Shown: positions 10,908 to 20,000 of the stretch, piece after piece
Layout: each line of letters opens with the position of its first letter
Position numbering within the stretch: the stretch's first letter is position 1
Source of the DNA: Toensbergia leucococca
Lineage: Eukaryota
NCBI GenBank assembly: GCA_022813965.1
Contig: JALDZS010000139.1
Location: 44,581-64,580 of the forward strand
DNA length: 20,000 nt
Reading direction: 5' to 3'
Translations under genes and position numbers: made by a program
The notes under the pieces: model-generated
The model's database searches: none
What the model saw: only the letters and a program-made list of their open reading frames with translations
Told to the model about the DNA's origin: nothing

Positions 10908-11095
10908 GCCAGACAACGGTGATTTGCGCTCTAGTTTCTTCGTTTCACCATGACGACGAGCACTCGACTCGACTTGATGATTCTCGTCGCTGCCAGTCTC
11001 TTACTGTCCTTCTTCCTTCTTTCTTGTCGAGCTACACCACATCGTCCGTGTCATAGCCTACATCTCCTCTTCGCACCCGTGAGCATATCTGTGCT

Positions 11096-14000
11096 ATGGC
11101 CGAAGATGTTGAATGGCACGGCCATCTCGCTCAATTTCATTCCACTTCGCGCTGTGAGGCATGCCAAGCTGGAAACCATAAGTGTGCCCTGCAGGAAAAT
11201 GATGACAGTTGCATGGCCTGCGCTGGCGCAAGCCGTAAATGTCTTTTCTCACGTACCATCACTCTGTCAGGCCCCAAATCCATCTTTCCATGGTCATCTC
11301 TTCTGGGCCAAGATCAAGATATGTCACAAAATGTCAATATGAATCCGTATGTAACAGACATCTGATTCCACAATTCCCAAAATTGAAGGCTTAGCAGGCA
11401 TTATTTCATTGAGGACGGAACCATTTCAATAGATGTTCCAAGCCGAACCACCACCGGTCTGTCAGACACACCGATAGCAAAAGCAACGAGTACTATTAAC
11501 AAGCCATCGGATATTGACTCGGCCACCAGCCCCATCCCACGTGATGCTGAACAGGACTCGCCACCTGTAGCGCCCGCAGAAGATTCAGTCCATCAATACG
11601 GAAATGAATCCAGTCGCGAGAGCTCGTCAAACTCTGGCCAAGACGTATCGCATCAGATCGACAATGATACGTTTCAAATTACCCTATCCAAGACGCGCAG
11701 CAGGTCAAGTAGTCGCAGATCTCAGTCGCGAGCAGGCTTAGACCCTTTGGCAAGGGATTTAATGAAAGATCAATTGTTACCAAGCTTAGACGACCAAGCT
11801 CGACAAGCTTCGTTGGATGCAGCAAATACTGAAGTCAAGAAGTGGCTTTTGGCTTCTGACAGCTCTTTGGGGGATGTCAATCCGCTATTTGATCATCACG
11901 GACAGATGGACGTGAGCGGCGCAAAGGGTCTTGGTACTGATCTCTCTCAACATCGAAAAAGGAGCGCCATAACGCAGTCTCGAACGCCAAAGAATGGAAT
12001 CTCACCTGGTGTAGAGCTCGATGAAGAAGAAGAGAGCGAAGGCGAAGGCACATCTCATTCGGAATCTATGCCTGCGAGCATGAATGAAAGTGTTGATGGG
12101 AACGACGAGCCCTTGTTAGAGCAAAATCTTGTAAACTCGCAAGATGCTTTTCCATGGATGGATCCAATCTATATTCCGTCTCGCCCTGGAGCTGTTGCTC
12201 AGCCCAAGACACCTAACGCGGCAATAATGCGATTCGAGAAATTTTCAGCAGACATGGAAGTATTGTCACGTGTTGCTACTTGGGGTACGAACAATCGTCG
12301 CACGAGCGAGAGTGATATGGAGAGAATCCTTGGACCTGAAGGTTTCTTATCTCGTCTCTCCATCAGCAAGAGTAAAGACCCAAGCGATCGTTGGGCTAGC
12401 TTTCTGCAGCAGGTTCAACAAGCTGCTAACAAAGTCCTACGTAAACGGAGTACCAGCCATACAAGAAGAAAAGACAGCGCAATTGGGGCTCAAGCGGCTG
12501 TAATCCCATCATTTCCTGCTAGTGTGGAGCGCATTCCAAACATTAGTAAAAACTCCAAGTCCTTGAAAATTACCTTCCCAAGACCTCTTGCGCCAATGAC
12601 TCCCCAGATCGCCGCACTCGGTGGGAACAACGCAATCAACTCTGTGGCCGCGAAAACCCCCGTAGGCTCTAGGAATGTTTTCAGGCGCACAGCCCAGAAT
12701 CCTTTCCATCGAAAGTCTAATAACGACGACCTGGGACTTGCAGCTTTGGAGGATCGACGGACGGATTCGGCAAGGCCCATACTCGCATCTCCTTCAATGG
12801 AAGATGATTTTGACCCAAAGGAAATTGCGGAGGACACTATATTCATGGACATTAGGTCTCACAAAGGTCTCCCTGTCCCGACATTTGAGGGTTTCAAAAG
12901 TAATATGCGCGAAATTAATCCGCGACTTCAACTATTTTTGATCGATCGGCTTGCCAAGGAACAGTTGCGCCGATTCAACAGACTGGTAAATCTTAAAGCA
13001 AAACATGCAGAAGCGAAGCAGCTTCGGAATTGCATCTCTGGTAGTTACTGCAGTGCATTGAGAGGAGTTTCAAAGCATCTGCCAATCGAAGATACTCCAA
13101 AAACGGACGAAGATGAAGAAGATGATGGGGAAGGTAACATCACGGCTGCTGAATTTCTTCCAGGTGTTCCAATGCCTCCTGTAAAGCGTCTACCGGCTCG
13201 GTTTGAGTGTCCATTATGCTTTCAAGTGAAAACGTTTCAAAAAGCATCAGACTGGTCGAAGCATGTTCATGAAGACCTTCAACCATTTACATGTACCTTC
13301 CAAACATGTCCGGACCCTAAATCATTCAAACGAAAGGCTGACTGGGTAAGACATGAGAATGAAAGACATCGCAAGCTGGAGTGGTGGGCTTGTACTGTAC
13401 GTGACTGTCAGCATGTGTGCTATCGCCGGGATAATTTTGTGCAGCACCTTGTGAGAGAGCACAAGATGTCAGAGCCCCGGGCAAAGCCAGGTAATTCTGA
13501 GAAGCCAGTGGCTCGAGGCCCTGAGAAAGCAAAGGGCCGGAATCTCAAGACTCCGGTCAAGAGGCTTGTCCCTGAAGATGATGTGATAGCCATGGTCGAG
13601 ACATGTCGTCGTGAAACTGCAAAATTAGCCACCGAGGAGCCCTGTCGCTTTTGTGGAAATGTTTGTAATAGCTGGAAGAAATTAACGGTACATCTGGCCA
13701 AACATATGGAGCAAGTCAGTGTGCCTGTGCTGGAATTGATCAAGCAGAAGAATCCCGAATTTGAGATGGCCAAGCAAAAAAACGGAAGCGTCACTTTGAT
13801 CAAGGAAAAGGACATCGAGCCCTCTAAGATGGAATTCCCTATTGAGAAAAAAGGCACCGAGCTATCCACAACGATCAGCAGTGTCAAGCAGAAGAAAGTT
13901 GAGCAATCTCCGAGACATAGTCCAATCGCCCCACGATTACCGTCTCTTCGGCCCAACGTTGCCCAAGGAGAATCAAGGAAGTCGAATCAAACTTTTAGAA

Positions 14001-14559
14001 TGGATCCCCCAAACGGGAAAGGGGCTGACATACCTGGAACTCGTCCATGGGAGTCTACCTATTCGGCGCCACTGCCATTAGTTCTAGACCCTGGGTCAAG
14101 GCCTGTTCCAAGCGCCGATCGGGAGTCAAAGTCATCTCGCTCGCGAACTTCGAGCTACATCACTGTTCCCAGCCCACAGAAAACTCAGTCGGTCTCTGGC
14201 TCTGCCTCGGGCCCGACAGGAGACGACATGAAGACGTTGCACAGCAAATTTCCGGTAGCGAATGACGCTCGCCAGTTTGTATGCCCTGGGAAGGACTGCG
14301 ACATAATGGACAAGGTTTGGCCAGGGCTAGACAGTTTCAAGGAACACCTACTACACATGCATCCAGACGAGGATGTCGATGAACTCATCAAAATGTAAGC
14401 ATCTCCATGTATGGAATACTATGACAAGTCAGTGCTGATTTTTCTGCTAGGTCCAGGCTGTTCTCCACCACTGCAGCGGCCATAACCGAGTCAGGTCAGA
14501 ACAAGGTCGCTTCCGAGACTCCCATAGCACGAGCTTCAGAAACAATGCCGGTATCTTGA
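11096..14559 (+). CDS. Zinc-finger transcription-factor-like protein with N-terminal Zn(II)2Cys6-type motif and C2H2 fingers; join(11096..11346,11398..14394,14451..14559), ~1118 aa
   Basis: Exon 1 encodes C-x2-C-x6-C-x8-C-x2-C-x6-C (11153-11242). Intron 1 is 11347-11397 (GTATGT...TAGCAG); the frame is open from 11399 into ORF 11747..14398. C2H2-type fingers: CPLC...HVHED, CTFQTC...HENERH, CTVRDC...HLVREH and CRFC...HLAKH (13202-~13710), plus CPGKDC...HLLHMH (~14280-14362). Intron 2 is 14395-14450 (GTAAGC...GCTGAT...TAG), leading to a short last exon ending TGA at 14557-14559. The central exon is secure; the terminal exons are inferred. Confidence 0.85.
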
Positions 14560-16523
14560 CGAAGACAGCAACTTATATTTATACGTAGATCTTAGCCTAT
14601 ACTCATCCATAGCAAGATGCGTGGCGGATCGCAAAGACGGAGATTGGTGTTACGCGGCGGAATGATATAGATGTTTGTTTCTCTGGAACTTCAGCAAAGG
14701 AATACTTTAACAAAATGAGACTGACTTCCCGAAAACGCATTTACTAATTCGATAGAACCCTCGCAAAATAGGTATCTCTCGCAAAACAGCTTTCCAATCT
14801 TACTGTTTAGGTATCAAGATCAGATAGCAGCTTAATCTACCATCATATTATTTATATTTCAAATTCGAAAATTGATAGACATTTTCGTCTTGCCCTGTCC
14901 ATTTACAATTGTATACTCCGTACCTGACAACAGTTTCACTACCTTTGTCCCAGGCTTTGCAAGCATCTCTCGCGACGTATTTCCATGCGATCCTTTCAGC
15001 TCATACTCCATGAGCCGTACAATCATGTCACGGATATGGTGTTGTTGACTGCTTCTTCTTTCGTATCAGCTTACTAATTCAAAAGCCCGGATGACAGCTG
15101 AGATTAGCCTCACCCATCTCGATTCGATTGCTCATTTCCTCACTGCCGCTGCACATCATCATCAAGAATCTCAATATGCACCAATTTTGCTTACTTCCAC
15201 TCTGAAAGGCCCGGGTAGAGGTAACTTCCCTCCATACAATCAACCCCTCGAATATCTAAAATCCAACCTCAAAGACCGTAACTCATGAATAACCCGAAAG
15301 ATGCACCTACACTAACATGATTCAGTCAAGTAACCCGAGACTAAAGGTCTAAATCTTTGCTGAGTAGTACGTAGCATCTCCGCGTTTTATCACGACTAAC
15401 TCAGAGACACAGCAAGGCGCGACGTATCTTGAAATTAGGAAGAGTGGTTGGGTAGAATAAGAGCCCGAATTTCAGCCACCTATCCACTTTTGTGCCGCGA
15501 AAGTCAAGGCTTTAAGGGGACCTGAAGAGCAGATGCATGGCACCATCCATTTCTTTATCGTAACATGCCTGGATCAAGCAGCCACGTTATACTAACAGGG
15601 TTTCCCAGCTCTGATATGCCATTGCAGCAATATTCTTTCCCCCCGGACCAAAGCAACTCTGCTATTTTTCAAACTTTTCTTGAATAATAGAGCAAAGCGT
15701 TGATGATGATGATTGATTCCATAGCCAAGGAGGAGAAGAAACTGCTATTTATGTTTTACACTCGCTAAGCATAGGGGGGGTGGCAGAGAAGTGGACAATT
15801 TTTTCAACCCCAGCTTTTTTTCCTCTCAGGAAAAGCAATCATCATGGCTTCTGAAAGAAACCTCCTCATTTGTACATGCTGATACATCATCACCGCCTTC
15901 TCGAAACTCACAGCCCCCTCCACTCAACCCCCCTCACAACCTCATTATCACTCATCAGAAAAACCCTGTGACGCCTTCTTTATAAAATTGCTCAATCAAA
16001 TCTCAATCAATGATCTTTCTATCCTTTCTCTCATCAATCTTGTTTCTCCTCTCTTAATTTCAGAGCTGCCTGCTCTCTCATGTCTCCTTTGTGTCTGTAG
16101 ATGAAGGGTGATGACTCTCGGTTCTAAGAGTTTTGAAAGAAAAAGCAGGGGGGAGAGTGGGAGAAAAGAAAGATTATGAACTTCAAGGGGGGTTTTTCTT
16201 ATCAAGCTTCAGTCACAGCATTTTTTCTTCAAAAGAATGACTTTTACAAGTTTTCCTCCAAAAAGACGTGATGAAAAGACAAACTAAATGAGAACTCATT
16301 GAACACAAAGGGTGTCTCTTTTTTGAACTAATGTGTACCTACTTCACAAGAGACACACACACATATAAATGAAGCAAGAAGAAGAGCTAAGACCTGCCCA
16401 TTTCAAGGTCAAAGTAAATCAAACTGCAAAGGTGAGGAATGAATCAGGCAAAGCAGAATCCCAGCGCTTGAAATACAGGTGAAGAAAAAAACAGATAAGA
16501 CACACTCTCCAACATCTCATGCC

Positions 16524-16542
16524 AAAAAAAAAAAAAAAAAAA
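16524..16542 (+). repeat. Poly(A) tract (A19) in a homopolymer-rich intergenic region
   Basis: Seen directly. Many other A, C and G runs occur in 780-1070 and 15770-18490. Confidence 0.9.
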
Positions 16543-18501
16543 GCGCCACAAACTCAAAGCAAATAAAAAAAACAGATAGTGTAATCTCCGCGTAAAGAAA
16601 AAAAGAAAAATATGAGAAAATTCAACATTATGAAAAAAGGGGCTTGAGAGAACTGATCGAACACAAACATGTCCATTTCTGAATAAATATGCTTGAGAGA
16701 AACACATCAGCCATGTACAGAAGAAAATAAATTGCCAACTGAAGAGATAGATGCCCGTTCAGCTTGTGGAGGGGGGACCTGGCATTGCCAAAAACGTGTA
16801 CCGTAGGAAGAAAAATCGCATCTCTATCCCGAGATCGGTGCAAACCACAGCAAGTTCATAGAACCGTATCTACCACTCGAACAAATTCCGCCCCCCATGG
16901 CAAAAAGAAAAGCTTTCCACCCATCACCAGATCCCCGCGCCGCCCCAAAAAACACCCTCCTCTTCCCATCCAACTCACAGCAACACAAAAAAACAAAAAA
17001 AAAAGCGGCCACCAGCTCACCTGCCACATCCCCATCACACAACACAATTCAAGACACACTCAACCGGCGCGCGCGCTAAGATGCAGGCAGGGGGGAAGTC
17101 CCCTTCCCACATTCCCATCTTCCGAAAACGCCCCTCGTTTCTGCCGTGTTGCGGTAGTAGGAGGAAAGCAGGGGAAGGATTGTTGAGGATTGGATCTACT
17201 CAATTTAGAGAGGTCTGTGATTTTTTCCTTGCCGGCTTTTGAGGGTTACGGCGATGTGGTCGGAGGGAGGGAAGGAGGAGAGGCGCGGCGCCCGGAGGGA
17301 GTTGGGGGTTCTGAGGGGCCATGTGGGCGCGGAGAAGGTGGACGTTGTGCTTCAGGAGCTTGGAAAGTGAGAGGTTCGGGCTGGAGTGGAGAGGGCTGAG
17401 GAGGTAGGGCTCTACAACTCTCGAGACGGTCGTGGAAGGCTCGCTCGCTGTGTGAGGGATGGGTATTCCAATCCGTGCCAGGTTGTTTGTTCTCAGAGGG
17501 GAATTAGGCGAGTCCTCCGCTGAAGTATGAGCCATTTATATCTCATGCTGCTTTTCACCGCTGCGTTCATGATATCGATATCACTGATCACTTCTTCTTC
17601 TATGGCAGGGATATCGATGAGACATTTCCTCGTATAATAGTGGTGCTGGCTCGACGGAAGCATGCCAGGTGAGGCAGTAATCTTAATGAACTCTGCTTCC
17701 ATTGAATGAGATGAGGTTGGGGAACTTGTTGGTGGATGGCTGTTGTAAACCGTGAATAAAGGAGATTATGGCTTAGGGTCATGTGGGAGACTTTAAGAAT
17801 GAAAGAATCAGTCTGTTAAGACATAGAGAGGGATGCTCATAGGCATGACTGAATCGAAGACTGTGACCGGGGTTTTCGCACTTACTTTTTTCCTGTTTTG
17901 TGGTATGAAGACTAAGAAAAAGAAATGCGTAAGTGATAATAAGAAGAGAGAAAGGGGGAAAAAAAGGGGGAGAGCAAGTGTTTTATGTAGTCTTTATCTC
18001 TACCACAAAAAAATGGACTGAGAAAGAGGAAGAGCAGGATTCTTCTTCACATCAGAAGGGTTCAACTTTGATGCCATTTTTTTTGGAAAAGAAAGAAAAG
18101 GGGAAAAAGGGTGAGGGGATTTCATACATCTTAAGAAAAGGGTGAAACTGAAAGTGATAAAAAAAAAATAGGTAAATAAACAAAACGGGAGGGGTAAAAG
18201 GTGTAAAGCGGGAGGGGAATGTTCAATCAAAGGAGGTACCTAGATGAATCTCAACAAAGGAATATGTTTGAGAAAAATATTTGAAAAAAAAATCTGCAAT
18301 ATCCCCCCGCTTCTCGTAAACCGACCTAGGTAGAACCAACCAAAGCTCTCCCCCAATCGCGCTACCAAAAGAGCAAAGCAGCCCCCCATGTCGATTTCCG
18401 CAGCTTGAAATCTTTCCCAGAAACCCTCATGTCCAAACAAACAACAAAGAAAGCCAATATGATCCCGACGCCTGGGGGAAAAAAAACAAAAGCCACCAAC
18501 A

Positions 18502-19520
18502 TCAAGAGCTCCCACCCCCGACAGTGGCCAAATACAACAACCCGACCTCCACCGCACTCTTCAACACAACATGCACCTTAACCCTCTGCGTGGCCCGATC
18601 CAGCGAATCCAAGCGCACACTAGCGCAATCCTCACACTCGCTCGTGCCATTCAACACCGTGCCCCACGTCGGGGTATTGAACAGCAACGTCGACGTCTGC
18701 GCCACCAAGCTCAACGACTGCGCCATCACCGTCGTCGTATTATCTACCCCCGTCATCACGGCCTCGACCGTCACATTCCCCTCCCCAACACCACCACCAA
18801 GAGGCGTATACCCAGCCGTGACATCCACGCCCCCAGTAACCTCCTCATCCCCGTCCAACTGATCCTGCGAAATCCGCACAAAATTGCTCGTGCTGACGCA
18901 AAACGCCACTTCGCGGGGGCTGATGATGGGGCCGAGGGCGTCGTTGGCCGAAGGGTAGTATTGGGTGCTGTCGACGCAGATTTCCGTGTCGGCGCAGTCG
19001 TGGACCTCGACGATGCGCGGGGGGGGTCGGACTTGCCAGGCGCCGAAGAGGGTGCATTGGATTTGGAAGCGTTGGGGGCTGGTGTTGTGGAGGCAGAAGG
19101 ACATTTCGAACCAGCGGCCACCAGGGTTGCTGCATGATCTTTGGGGACGGGAGTCGCGGGGATGGAGGGAGGGGCGTTGGGAGGTTGAGGGGGGGAGTTG
19201 GTGGTGGTGGTGGTGGATGGAGATCTGGGAGGTGATGTCTTTGCCGGTTGGGTCGTGGATACTTATTTGGAAGATGTTGGAGGGGCTGTGGGTTGGATGT
19301 GGGTGTTAGTGGTTATGCTGAGAGCTCTTGTTTTTCTTTGAGAGTGTCTTGGGGGGAAGAAGAGACAACACGTGTAGGAGGTAAAGACATACAAAGAACG
19401 ACCTTCCTCTCTCCTAAGCCTATCCCCACTCTCCACCACATCCACCCCTCCTCCCACCACCCCTCCAACTCTCCAACTCAAAAGCCCGAAAAGGCCAAAA
19501 AGGACCAAAAGCAGCATCAT
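18502..19520 (-). CDS. Secreted Cys-rich protein with pro-domain; candidate FOLD/SIX6-like effector; complement(join(18502..19285,19393..19520)), 303 aa
   Basis: Exon 1 encodes a signal peptide (MMLLLVLFGLFGLLSWRVGG). The intron 19392-19286 has donor GTATGT, branch CTAAC (19309-19305) and acceptor CACAG. Both ends are phase 2 and give an open frame into ORF 18502..19104. The pro-region ends LHPR|D (19167-19153). The mature part has 8 Cys (6 + CxxC) and N-glycosylation sequons NTS, NVT, NTT and NGT. Confidence 0.8.
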
Positions 19521-20000
19521 TCAACTCCTACCAGAACCTCTCAGCCCACACCCACACCGCGAGCAACACACCATATAAGTACCCACCAGTTTTCCAGCCC
19601 CCATCACCTCCGTCAGCCTCTTGCTTTGGACCCTTCATCCACCTCAGCAGAAGGTTCAGGCCTTCCCGGTTTCATACGTGCGGATAAGTTGCGACTCGTG
19701 CGCAAAGTCTGCCAATGTAACCTCGTGAAAGCCTGGGCGTTTCAGCACCGCACGAAGGAATGAGTCTGCGCGAGTTTTTGGCGTGCTGGAAGTGGAGTCG
19801 GAGCAAGGTGTATTGGCGATGATGTTGATGGGTTGGGTGAGTACAAGTAAAGATGGTGGAAAGGATGTGTTCGTACGAGGTCAATTTTTAAAGTATTGCA
19901 AATGGCCAACGTAGGAATTTTGAGTCAACGTACCTGAATAGAATCATAACAACAACACACTTTTTGATCACTATTCTTCTATTCATCAACACCCTACCCT

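Noticed and set aside
10950..11342. 130-aa ORF with a signal-peptide-like start as an independent secreted protein
   Set aside because: The hydrophobic stretch derives from a pyrimidine-rich leader, and the overlapping frame carries the exact six-Cys motif. Kept only as a possible uORF.
14860..15288. ORF 15091..15288 and a minus-strand ~55-codon frame (MIVRLMEYELKG...) with splice-like signals
   Set aside because: I could not assemble a stop-free gene model and recognised no homology.
16500..16620. A19 tract as a retroposon poly(A) tail
   Set aside because: No target-site duplication or upstream LINE/SINE features were seen, and similar A-runs are scattered throughout the region.
17190..17782. 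Overlapping minus-strand ORFs (17200..17535, 17493..17702, 17600..17782) as a gene
   Set aside because: They lie in different frames with no consistent introns and no recognisable domain. At most a degenerate remnant.
18524..19309. Plus-strand ORFs 18524..18862, 18571..19137 and 18965..19309, and alternate minus frames
   Set aside because: Shadow ORFs caused by GC-rich codon usage of the secreted-protein gene.
1..20000. tRNA/rRNA genes, CRISPR arrays, transposase, RT or tyrosine-recombinase (Starship captain) genes
   Set aside because: No cloverleaf or rRNA signatures, no repeat-spacer arrays, and no DDE, RT or YR motifs were seen in any frame.

Overview
Eukaryotic genomic DNA from a filamentous ascomycete, judged by short GT-AG introns with CTRAC/CTGAT branch points. 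Four intact spliced genes can be built by hand. (1) A 520-aa cytochrome P450 on the minus strand (1267-2937). (2) A 715-aa NADPH-cytochrome P450 reductase on the plus strand (3866-6067). These two are head-to-head, the arrangement known for CYP630/CPR2 fatty-acid omega-hydroxylase pairs, and their shared promoter has two GCCTCGGC (FarA/Ctf1-type) elements. (3) A ~1118-aa zinc-finger regulator (11096-14559) with an N-terminal Zn(II)2Cys6-type motif, four central C2H2-type fingers and one C-terminal finger. (4) A two-exon, 303-aa secreted Cys-rich protein (minus, 18502-19520) with a Kex2-type LxxR pro-domain. Its N-terminal Cys pattern resembles the Fusarium SIX6/FOLD dual-domain effector family, and it is the most interesting candidate here. 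A short-chain dehydrogenase pseudogene (~6866-7790) and a broken coiled-coil ORF (~7967-8419) follow the reductase. Several intergenic stretches are homopolymer-rich and strongly CpG-depleted. No RNA genes, recognisable transposons or CRISPR arrays were seen. All family assignments come from motif recognition and memory, not database searches.
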